A DNA stretch of 64,000 bases, taken from NCBI GenBank assembly GCA_964057225.1, contig OZ059897.1:17112001-17176000 (forward strand), written 5' to 3'. Origin of the DNA: Auanema rhodensis (taxonomy: Eukaryota; Animalia; Nematoda). This document shows, piece after piece, positions 1 to 12,064 of the stretch. Below the pieces are notes generated by a model that worked only from the letters and a program-made list of their open reading frames with translations, was not told the DNA's origin and made no database searches. Every line of letters begins with the position of its first letter. Position 1 is the first letter of the stretch. The translations under genes were made by a program, and so were the position numbers.

Positions 1-161
1 CTTAATTGGAATAAAAAGGTTAATTTTACATGTTTATGTTTATGTTTAACATTCTTTTCATATATCGTGATATATAACTTTGAATTTGAATTTTCTTATC
101 ATATTATTAATTGAAGCTGAAAGTTTTTATTGGTATAGATTATAAAAATTGCTTTTAGAGT

Positions 162-3100
162 ATGAGGAAGGAAGAAAGCGCATTGCTCAGCCGACTAAGT
201 AGCTCAGCTACAACTATTCGATCTAGCAATTATTCTGTTCCCAGATCGTATGGTCCAAGGTAAATAATACTATCTTGAATTCTTAGTCTTCTTAGTTAAC
301 ACTTGTAAATGATTTTTTTCAGTTTGAGCTCATATCGGCTATCAAATTATACGCCATCTCGTTCATCAGGCTTATCAGAAAAACCATCCAGTGATTCACC
401 ATGTACGTTTTATTATAAAAGAAAATTTTTTTAACATTCAATCTAAACTATAACATTTTAAATTTATATTTAAGATTCTTCTGGTAATAATACTCTCAGA
501 CGGTCTAGTTCTTCAACTTCATATTCTCGAACTCTTTATCAAAGGTTAATAGATAATTTCAAACTTAATTTATCATTTTTTAAAAATTTTTATTACACAA
601 GACGCTGTTTAACATTGACAAATAATGATTTCAGTCCAGCAGCCGCCAAACTGAGTTCAAGTCAAAACTCTGCCTATTCTATATCCAGCAGCTCATATAA
701 ACCGTTAACTGTTGCATCATCTAGTCATGATTCGAAAACTTCACATAACAATAACTTGAATTCCAATACTGTTGGATATAGCAGTATTAACTCTTATTCT
801 AATTATAGCAATAGTATTAATAATAATAATAATAACAGTAATAGTCCATCAGCTAGTCGAGTACGTTCTTCATCCATGGCTCCAAGCTACAGGTTCGTAT
901 GGTCTTCAATCTTTTTTTTTAAATTGGCATGAAACGTTTTTGATTTTTTATTTTTATTAGCGAGTTTAAATTCTTACTTCTCTCATTACTTGTTCTAATG
1001 TATGCAATTTATAGAACAGTGAATGTTGCCCAATTGAATAAACAAGCTAGGGAACGAGCTGATCGTGAAGAGAAGTTGAAAAATTATTCCGAATGGTTAG
1101 AGCGCGAGAAACAGAAGGAAGTAGATATAACTGAAGATACTATATCTAAAGACTTCAGAAAAACATTGTGTAAGCAACAACTTTAAAATTAAAACTAAAC
1201 AAATTACATTTCAAGAAGCTTTATTATCAAATATCTAAATAATTTAGTTTTTGAAATAACTCTTTTGTTGAAGAATTTCATTAGGTATGATTTAGCTGTA
1301 AGCCATGCCAGCCCTGGGTATTCACAATTTGTTCGTTCCGTTAATACAAAATCTGAATTGGGTAATAGTAATAATCTCATTGGAAAATATTCTGTCCCTC
1401 ATTCCAATAGTAAGGAAACCGCCAGCAGAGTGAGTATTTCAAATAAATTCTTCGAAAGGTTCTGTTTTTAGACTGTCATGGAATATGCTGAAGACAGTCG
1501 AATGGCTAATTCTATATCGCCGGGTGTGTCGTCAGTCTGCCAAATTGGTTATACGGGCCTCAGAAATATTGGAAATACTTGTTTCTTAAATGCTACGGTT
1601 CAAATATTGGCTAATATAATCGAATTGAAAACATATTTTCTTAATGATATGTATACGACTGATATCAATAGGACCAACGATTTAGGCTGTCAGGTAAATA
1701 TTAAAAAATTAACAGTTATAAAATTTAGAAAAAAATTTAAAGATAATCATAATTTTAGGGTAGAATTGCTGAGTCGTTTGCTGAAATCATGAAAATGTTG
1801 TGGAATGGCAAACATCGAGCAATTGAACCAGTCAAGCTAAAAGTTTGTCTCTCAGTACTTAGGCTTTTTTCAACTATGTTTTTTCAGGAATTAGTTGCAT
1901 TGAAAGCTCCGCAGTTCTCTAACTGTGGTCAACATGATGCTCATGAATTTTTATCTTTTTTGTTGGATTTGCTACATGAAGATTTAAATCGTGTGCAAGT
2001 AAAACCTTTAACAAGCCAAATAGAATGCGATAATAATAAGGATACACAAGTAATAATATTAGTTAAATCAAAAATAAATTTTTTTTTCAGGTATCATTAG
2101 ACGCCTGGAATAATCATCTATTGAGAAATGATTCCATTTTTGTAGATCTTTTTCATGGACAATTGAAATCAAAACTGCAGTGTCCCAAGTGTGAACGAGT
2201 GAGTAAAATTGATTTTTCATCAGAAAGTACAGAAAATATATATTTTACTATCATTAGTTGTTCGTCAAAACGAATTAAAAACATTTTCCTAATATATTGA
2301 ATATTAAAATGTTTTTGTTTTTGTATCTGTTGAGCATATTCATTAATTCACATCCTCATGCAAATTTCCAAAAACATTATGAAAACAAATTTCACTGTTC
2401 AAAATGACAATAAGCAACATTAGTTCTTCAATATGTGTAATATAAATGCAATTTTTCTTGTTTCAGGTTTCAATTACGTTTGATCCATTTGTTTACTTGC
2501 CAGTTCCATTTCCGAAGCCAAAAAAAACTGTGCTGATAACTTATTGGCCACTAGATAGTAACAAAAAACCGTTAACAGTAAATTTTAAGACTAAAGTTAA
2601 AAGTAACATTCATTTTAGTTAACATTACGATATTGTGCAGATGCGTGCATAAAAGATTTAGCAACGTGCATAAGTGATTCTGTGAAAGTACCTAGTAAAC
2701 AGGTAAATTGTTTGTGCAACAGCTATTATTAAACAATAATAATTTCAGATTAAAATAATTGAAGTTTTTGGCCATCGTATTCAAAAAATTTATAATAGCA
2801 ATGAAAGAGCAAATGAAATTTGCGGAGGAGATATTTTATATGCGTTAGTCTGCACATACAATAGAAAAATAAAAGACAACTATATTCTTTAGATTTGAAA
2901 TTGAGAACCAAGAAGAAGAAGAAGTTGTGGAATTGTATATAATACAACGCCTTTTGTATGTACCCTCCTTAAGATATGCTTGTCATGAATGTGGAAATAG
3001 CAAAGGAAAATTGAAGGCTTGTGAAGCTTGCTATAATGCCTATTATTGCAATAAGTAAGATGTTTTTTCATTGTAAAAATGCCCTTTGAAATTGTTGTAA

Positions 3101-4909
3101 TTAGTTATGGTCTCTGGACATATTTTATTCAGTTTCACAAGTATTTTGAGAGTTTTTAATTACAGGGATTGCCAATTAGTTCATTGGAATAATGGAGGAC
3201 ATCGTGATGACTGCCGGCGAAGAAATCAAGCTGAAAGTGTTGGCCAACCTTTTCTACTCTCCATACCTCGTTCCCAGTTAACTTATTCAAATTTAATGAA
3301 AATGCTTGAGCGTAGATGCAAGTATGTACAATTTCAATAGATTTCGAAATTCTATACATTTTTTAGATACTCTATCAATGTTAATGTCATGCAGACCCTA
3401 GATGATGCTGACTATTTGAATCGCAGTGCTTCAGACAGTAGTTCCAATGAGAACAAACGTGGCCCTTCTCCAAGCCTATATCATATCAATGATGTAAGTA
3501 TTTCTATTAACTTTGTCACCCTGTTATTTCACTATATGCATTTCTTTAAAGAAAAATGCGAACCAGAGAAAACGCGAACATCGACAATTTTTAGCTCGGA
3601 TTATACCAAGCCAAGCTCATATATTAGGAGACACTATTACATATGATAAAACAAGTGAGTTTAAAGATAATAGTTTTTAAACCATAATAATACTTTAAGT
3701 GGAAGGGCAACCACTGCAGGTAAAGAATGGATCGTTTATTTCCGTAAATTGGTACAATTTCCGACACGGAAAACCTTTTTTGAACATTGAAACTAAGAAA
3801 CAGATTGTAAGTTATTCATATATTTTATGATTGCTTCTTTTCTTCTACTTAATTATATTGAAATTTTTAAAATATTTGTTCAAATTTCGTTAATGTTTAG
3901 GATATAGACAAGGAGCTTTCGAAGAAATTTACTTCGTCATCAACTTATTCTTCTTCTTCTGATAACACAACACTTGAAGATATGATGGTATGTTAAACAA
4001 TTTTAGAAAAAAAAATATCCTACGTGATACCAGGAAATGTTTTCTGAAACTGAGCGCCTAAAACCTGAAGAATCGTGGTATTGCAATAAATGCAAGGATC
4101 ATGTAGAGGCTACAAAGAAACTGGAACTGTTCCGGTTGCCACCAATTTTAATAGTTCAACTCAAACGTTTTGTATATACTAGTAAGATAATATTTTTGTT
4201 TGCAAACTGTTATTTGTTTTTTATTTAAGCGAGCTATCAGGCTATGCACAGACGTAGTAAAGATGAGCGTAAGGTTACCTATCCATTAGAAGGCTTAGAT
4301 ATGAGTTCGTATCTCTCAGATACAGCTTCAGCTCAGTTGTCTACTGTAACTATGAGAATTAGTTAAGCATTGTTCAATTTTTTTTCAGATATACGATTTA
4401 GTTGGAGTAGTTTGTCATAGTGGAAGTAGTTTCTTTGGACATTATGTTAGCATTGGGCGTTTAGCTTCATTCGATTCTACAAAAACAGATATTGGTTAGT
4501 ACATAGTTACCATTGATAAAAAAATATCTTAACACACAATTCATTTGAGAATGGAGATCGTTTGATGATTCTATCGTCACTGGCCAATCGACTCAGTCAG
4601 TTCAGTCGGATGATGCTTATCTCTTATTCTATAAACAAAGAGGGAACGCTACCAGACCAATTTTCAGGTTAGTATATCCAATATGAAGACAAACTAGTAT
4701 ATGTAAACTATATACAATTAACTTCTTTTTGGCTTCTTTTCAAGACAAAAATCATGTACCTTATTTGAAAGTATACATGGAGTATGGAGTTTCTCATTTA
4801 AACAAATTCAAGTTTTCCAATTTAACAGCATCGTTTCAGGAAGCATTATGGCTGCGATCCTACTGAAAAATCTAAGCTCTGTCCAGAGGATAACCAATTC
4901 ACAAACTAG
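162..4909 (+). CDS. Ubiquitin-specific protease, USP19-like (C19 peptidase with inserted MYND zinc finger), multi-exon, with a Ser/Asn-rich N-terminal extension
   Basis: Cys box [13 protein letters not shown] (1556-1594), [38 protein letters not shown], His box [18 protein letters not shown] and WRSFDDS. Spliced MYND finger [44 protein letters not shown] at 162 follows TTTTAG; TAG at 4907-4909. Confidence 0.9.
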
Positions 4910-5589
4910 TGTTTCTTGCAATTGTCTAGGTTAATATATTGATGAAAAACTTCACATAGCATCCCTGCAATTGCTCAAACATGGAATGAAAACTAAAATA
5001 ATAAAAAAAGGATGAAGTGTATACTTTTTCATCTTCATTTTATATGTACATCATATAGCAAATAAAATTATAGTATAACAATTAAAAGCAAATTTGACAA
5101 TTTTTGTCTTAGAGCTTTTCAAAACCAATTACGTTCTCTTTCTTAATATAATGTACTTGATATGGGTATTATTGTTAGTATCATACAGATGTATTCAATA
5201 TAAAAAATAAAGAATTATATACTAAGTTTTTTTGATTCAAGAAATTATAAAAACATTTTGTTACCAGAAAGAGCAAGCTGTAAGCGAATTCTTTTTATAT
5301 TACTCTACAAATTTTTGAGTGTATGCCGTTTTAGAAAACGAATCTTATGTGAATCTAGTCAAAGTTTTAACTTCTCTGGTCCTCATCAAGGACTTGAATT
5401 GGAGGAAGATCCGACAACACGATAAAGAAATTTAACGGTCAGATAGTAGTCAGAAAATCTTCTTTCATATCCCAACTGACCTATTCCTACCCTTTCATAG
5501 CAAAGTTTTTATTCATTTTCTTCTTTTATATAACTATTAAAATATGCAGAATAATTTACAAATCTATTTTAGGGCTATTAGTTTGCAAA

Positions 5590-7131
5590 ATGGTTGGCTT
5601 GACTGTTCAAGAAGCTGAAGCAGTTGTTCGTGTTATTGATACAGCGGAAGCTTTCGATAATGAATATTCTAACAACGTGTTCAATATTCATAGATGGATT
5701 ACAGCTTGGAATAGTGAACAAGACGCTGCAGATGTGAAATCTTCAAATTAAATTTTTTAAATTGTTTTGTTACAGAATCTTCGGCGACATTTAGTTATTC
5801 GAAATATAATGCCGATTCCTCCCAGCGCTGATGAGAGAAGTGAACTGATGGAAAAGTATGCTCCTATTACCATACTTGGAAGAAATCGTAAATCTGACAA
5901 CAAGGTTTCAATGAATATATAGCTATAATCATCATTTTACTAGATTTTATTGTTGGAACAAAGCGGAAAAATAGATATTGCTGGATTAGTAGATAATATC
6001 CAGGTAAAAGACCAAAAAACTAATTAAATTATGAAACGTTTTATACAGCTTTCAAGTTTCATGAAAAACAAATTCCGAATGATGGAAAAATTGCATAAAA
6101 AAGTTGAAGAAGAAGAACGGCGAACCAATTACCAAAGTGGAGGAGTATTAATAATGGACCTACAAGGGCTTGGGTTTTCAACAAATCTTCTAGCGGTACT
6201 AGCAGGTGTGCATAGTCTTCCTTCGCTAAACAACAGAAATCTGTTTAGGACCCTACAGGATTATGTGGGGAACTCTTTTTGAGCAGTACCCTCAACTAAT
6301 ACAACAGATCATTATTATTAACGCTCCGAAATTTGTGAACCTTCTTTACCAAACATGCATTCCGTTCATTCCTGCTGATTATAAGGTTTACTATATTTTA
6401 TAGCAGTAAACTCTTAGTAAAATAACTTTAACAGGAGAAAATACTGATTTCATCCGATACCTCAGCTCTTCATAAAACTGTTGATTTGGATTGCATTCCT
6501 AAAGAATATGGTGGAACCATGGATTCCAGTGGAGAATTCGAAATTCTGTACGAAATTCAGGTGCTCTTCAATTATTAGGAAATATTAATGTCTTTAAGTT
6601 TTAGGCACCAATAAATCCGATACCAGAAATGGATCCAATTTCCCAACAGCTCATATCTATTAACATTCCTGCAGGTAAGTAAAACATATTCGGTAATATC
6701 TTTTCATCAACTTAGGTGGTTACATGGTCGAAACCTATAAGTGGAAACAAGATATACAACTCGAATTCTATTTGCAAAACGAACAAGAATTTACATATTT
6801 CATTTTTTTCGCGGAAGACGACACGGTTTAAAGACTGTATTTCACATAAATAATATATCACAACTTCAGGATGATCAAGGGAAATGGAAAGAAGTATACG
6901 CAGGTTGTGAGCGCCCAGCATTGAAACAAGTTGACAATTGGGAATGGAAGACACCTCATAAAGGGTTAGAAATAATATGAATATGTTACTAAACCATGTT
7001 TTAGATATTATTACATTCGCTATGGAAATGAGAAAGCTTGGCTTTTCTCTGTTACGGTGAATAAGTTGATCAACTCTAAACATGGAGAAGTAGAAGAACC
7101 ACAAATACCAATTAAAGTATTTCAAATATAA
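5590..7131 (+). CDS. SEC14-like CRAL-TRIO + GOLD domain lipid-binding protein (ctg-1/ctg-2-like)
   Basis: Spliced translation gives FNIHRWITAW, GGVLIMDLQGLGF, EQYPQLIQQIIIINAPKFVNLLYQTCIPFIP, CIPKEYGGT, then a GOLD-like C-terminus (GYYYIRYGNEKAWLFS). ATG 5590, TAA 7129-7131. Confidence 0.88.
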
Positions 7132-8923
7132 ACTATATATGTATATATAAGATATCTTTGCAATTCCCGCATATAAACGTTCCATAAAATATCTCTTAAT
7201 TATTCTTTTTGAATTCTACTGTTTGTTCAGTGCAGCAAGAACTTTCACCTACTTTTTCTTTTTCTAAAAAAGAGACTGTTATCTTATTATTTTTAAAAAG
7301 TTATTCAACTTGCCTTCTGTTTCTTCATTCGTGGGGGGGAGTTGAATTGGACATGTTGGATATAAATAAGTATCCAAAAATTCAACCCATCGTTGTGGCA
7401 AAAGTCTAAACTATTGAATAACTCAAGCCAAGCTAAAAAGATTACCTATACACAATTGGTTGTATAAACTTCAAATAAATAGCTAAGGCTAGAGGTAGCA
7501 ATATACATGGAAGGCAAACCATTATACCGATATTTGGTTGAATAATGGATTACTGAAGAATATAAAAATGTAACACTACGCTGCTTAAAAAAATTGTATA
7601 ACATATCGGTCCAGGGAGAATGCGTCAATGTTATTATCGTTGGAAACAAATAATGACACTGGAAAATCCAATTTATTTCAAAAGGTAAAAATATGAATAA
7701 TTTTGGAGAGTTATATATTAAAGTGCAAAGATGTTCTAAAGCTCGGTTAGTTGAACGGGATTGTTGTTTGAAAATTACTAAAGTTATGTAATATTCATAA
7801 TAAATGTTCAATTAATTTAAACCAATACAGTATTACATAGGGCTAAGTATGCTACTGCAAATTCTACATCCACCTTGGTCCTATACGTTGGCCATACTGC
7901 AATTTCCTCAAATGTATTACAACCATATGCAAATGTTGTAACATGTTAGCCTTTTGTTCTCTATTCACCAATTTTCTGGTTTCATATTTAATATCATTCA
8001 ATTTTTTCTCTAGTTCACCTAATTAACTTTTAAAAAATTCGTAGGTGTTAACTTGTTTAAGGTAAAACAATAGGGCTCCAAAAACTTAAAATTTAAGTTA
8101 TGACCTAATCGTGCGTATAATTGGGTCAGGTCTTATAATCGATCTAAACGTATCTTCTATTCATTGGTAGCTATAGGCATAATACAAAATCTGTTTCTTA
8201 ATTATTTTTATAAAAGAACATTGGATGTGTTCCCATTGTATTTTAATATTTATGTTCCTGTTCTGTATGATTTGTCGTAGGTGGCTTTTTATGCTGATTG
8301 TCTCATGCTCTCTTTAATCTATTTGTTCATATTTATTCACTAACTGGTTCTAATAGACTATTATTATTCTGTTACGATGTTTGAATATCCTTAAAATGTA
8401 TACAAAAAACCATTGTTTTTAATCGTTCTTAAATTAAGAAATAAGCGTTAGGCTTTACTGATAACATTTGGCTCAAATTCGCATCTCGACTTTTTCAAAT
8501 ATTTTGTAATAGTGGATAGAACAGATACGCAGAGAAGATATGGAACCAATAAGATATTTGAAAGAAATGCTTGAGGCAAAGCGAGTGTTTGGAACAAAAA
8601 GATATGAAGAGAAGAGGAAATTGTTCTCGTTTGTCTGTGTATAACTAAGATAATTCAGAATAGTGTATTAAGAGAGAGAGAGAGATATAGAAGTTGAAAA
8701 GTTGGGAAAAAGCAAGGACTCAACCATATTTTCTTGTGTAATAAAATAAAAGATAGGATACTATGAGTGAAGAATGAGCAAGAGTAGGAGGATACGGAGA
8801 AGAAGGAGAAGACGATAGGTTGCTGGAAGAAAGACAGGAAAGAGAACACTAAATATCATCATTCCACTTCTTCCTACCTCAGTGTAGGTTTTGAAGACAA
8901 GCTCAACCGGGGCATACCGAGCA

Positions 8924-10682
8924 ATGAGCTACCTGTCCCCTCTACCGCATTACTGTTCTCCCAGGTAACTTTTCAATGTTTTCTGAATTTGACAACATAT
9001 GTATATACATGTTAGAAATAATTGGATGTTTTCTTGTTGCTTTGGGATATGTATATATATCTTCATGTTCAGTCTTTTGGATTGATCTAACCGTTAAGAT
9101 TGTGTGACAGATTATATATGAGTGCAGAATACCTCGTTTCTTCTAAAGTCCTCATTCTTCTACGTGTTTAACATTTATCTTATTTTCTTGGTCTATTAGC
9201 AACAATCAGCTACTGTCATCATATCTCGATTCAACCACGCATTTATTATTAATTTCTGCCTCTATTATCCATTTGACCTTTGAAGTTGGGGTATATACAT
9301 GTATATGCACATATAATCTAAACATATACTTAGAAAATAGGAGAGAATTAGACGAAAAGTCGGAGATGATAGATAATCCTTAGTAAATGAACTAAACTGA
9401 CCGGTTTTTGCAAGTTGCTCTCTCTGTCTTTCTTATTACCTTCCCTTTTCCTTCTCTCCTCTTTATCTTTTTCTTATCCTTTTATCTTATCTATAATTTT
9501 TATAATAATTTTGTTGCTTTATTAAAAAGTTATATATCAATCAGCTAAATAGTTCAACTAATAGGTTCATGCATGTTGCAAATATGTGGTTAAATCATAC
9601 TCCAGGCTTTGAGTATGGTTTTTTTATTTTTTTATTATTTTTGTATTCTGGTCTGCCTAGTTATATTTCTAACAATAACCATTCAAGAAAGCCATATGGG
9701 CATAGCTTTAAGAATGCAAATCCCATAATTAATTATTTTGTTTAATCGACAACGAATGAATTATTATCATTTCAGCCTCCGACGCTCTCGTTCGTGGTCT
9801 TCCTTAAGCTCTGCAACAGATCTTGAATTATGGGACCCCCGCCTCCCCCTCCTCCACCCCCTATACTCAAGCCCGTAAGTAAAGAATATTACTATACAAA
9901 TTAGTTTTATCCTATTTCATTTTTACATAATTCAAATGTAAATGTTCTAGACAGCGTCATTACCATTTAGCGGGAGGAAGACAACGAATGCACCAAGACG
10001 TGACAACAATTCCATATCTGGTAGATCATTGTCATTATACTCTTTTACTTTTAACCTTTCAGCGTCGTCCCAGCCGTCCCGTCCCCGTGTGGACAGTCAG
10101 GCATTACAGGTATTTCGAAGACTTCACGTTGAGAATGCTTAAGTTTATAATAATTATTTAGCACGCAGCGGCTCGCCTGCGTAAGACCGGCTACCACGAA
10201 CAGATTCGAGGTATAGATATACACAATTATTTTTGTAATTTATAATAAACCACAGTATAAATTTATTTAAGAAATCATTAAAAACAATGTTTCCATTCAA
10301 GTAAAAACCTCAAGCATCTCTTTTGCGAAATCAATCAATATTTTTCTCTTTCTTACATTCATAAAACATTTGATTTTTCAGGTGACATCAAGAATTTATC
10401 CGATGGAAGACTGGACAGATCGAATGAACAACTGTCTGGACAACATTGGCAGAATTGCAAGAAGCAGCACGAGCTGGACAGCCATCAAACCAGAGAACCG
10501 GTACGGACAAAAGGCTTAACCATTACCTTAAAAAACACATAGATCAAGCGGTTATGTGAAACAAAACCAAATATCTTACTCATCAAAAGTCATAAATCAA
10601 TTTTTTTAGCTATATGCTCCGTCCTTTGGTAGCAACGAACCTAGCTCGCACAGTCACGTTTACAGAAACTCCAATTCTGTAA
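8924..10682 (+). CDS. azyx-1: Upstream overlapping alternative-frame ORF of the zyxin locus (AZYX-1-like), 165 aa, 7 exons
   Basis: Exons 8924-8964, 9776-9874, 9951-10020, 10063-10109, 10162-10210, 10382-10500, 10610-10682 total 498 nt and are open throughout in a frame shifted from zyxin: MSYLSPLPHYCSPSLRRSRSWSSLSSATDLELWDPRLPLLHPLYSS...VTFTETPIL*. The arrangement matches the known C. elegans azyx-1/zyx-1 overlap. Confidence 0.8.
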
Positions 10683-12028
10683 ACTTGCCATTTTCCTCTC
10701 AAGTAAGAATGCCATATTGATTTTTTATATATACTGTTTTGCAGATATTACCTAATTCTTCAAACGCTTCTCATAATACTCTTCCACCCTCAGAAAATAG
10801 AACTACTGTCGAATATATAACAAATGCACGCTCTAAAATTCTCCAACCACCTTCTCCTGGCTTTTCTCCTATTAGTACAACAACAGCATCAAACATACAT
10901 AATAGTTTTGGAAATGACAATTCTTTACACCATGCAAGTAACTCATATTTCGTGCAAGCGCCAAATTCACTACACTATCACAAACCTATAAATGTTCCTA
11001 TAAAACGCGAATATACTTCTTCTTCTTCTTCGTCTTCGTTCAGTAATACGTAAGATTTTTTAAAATCTACATTTTTAATTTTGTTATTACAAGGTGTTTT
11101 CTTAACATTTTGGTATAATATTATATTTGAGTTAACTACAATATAATTATCTATGAGGTTTTCAGTCGTTCAAATGAAGCTATTCTCGATCCTCAAACAA
11201 GACTTCACACATTTGCTACTCAAACTTACGTAAACGATCAGCCAGGACACCATTCGAACCTCGGGCAAAGTAGATCTGGTATTGAACCTGCCTTCACACA
11301 CTCAACGAATCCGTTTGCTGTAGAACTTCGTGACAGAGGTTATTATATGTCATTTTTCGAAAACATTCATTTTCATATAGAATTTTAATATCTAGTAATC
11401 ATCAACATGATGTTTTAATTTCAGGTTTAACAGTTTCACAGCGGGAAGCAAACCAATTCCGACATTCTCAAAGACGTGCAGATAGTGAATTGCCATTCGA
11501 TGTCAATGAACTGTTGAAAGTTAGTTTAAATATCTTTAGAAAAAAACAATACATACTTATCAAAATCCGTGCTTTATTTCCAATTTGAGAAGTCTGTGTT
11601 TATTTTGTTTTGCCTATTATTCGTGAGTGACTAGAAAAAGAATTCATATTAAAGTAGCTTCAATGTCTAGAATTAGATTTTAATTTTCTTTTAAACAGCC
11701 GAAAAAGCGAATTTTACGTGAACTAAAAAATTTGGACTGTTATCTAATAACTATAACTTGTTTATGAATATCATGAGGGCATACAATCTGTTCATTCTAG
11801 TGACACGCTCACTTTCGGCTTAAGTTTATGACTTGTAGAAATTTACATTAAACCAATGAATTCGAGAAATGTTTCGGAGCTGAAGATCGTTGAGAACATT
11901 TTCATGTTATTTTCTCTCTTTCTAGCATTTAACTCTTTTTCAATCCCCCTAGGGCATGTGGTCATCGATTTTTAGCTTCTCTTTTTCTCTACCCTTTTCT
12001 ACTCTCTTACCATTCTTATTCTTGTCCT

Positions 12029-12064
<36 letters not shown>

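Noticed and set aside
199-211. Palindrome GTAGC-TCA-GCTAC resembling the SFE-like core
   Set aside because: Lies within USP coding sequence, lacks GGC/GCC and the T/A-rich flanking arms, and is not near a repeat border.
7209-8849. ORFs 7209-7409, 7446-7811 and 8655-8849
   Set aside because: No recognisable motifs or consistent exon chain; the last is the antisense of a purine-rich tract upstream of the zyxin locus.
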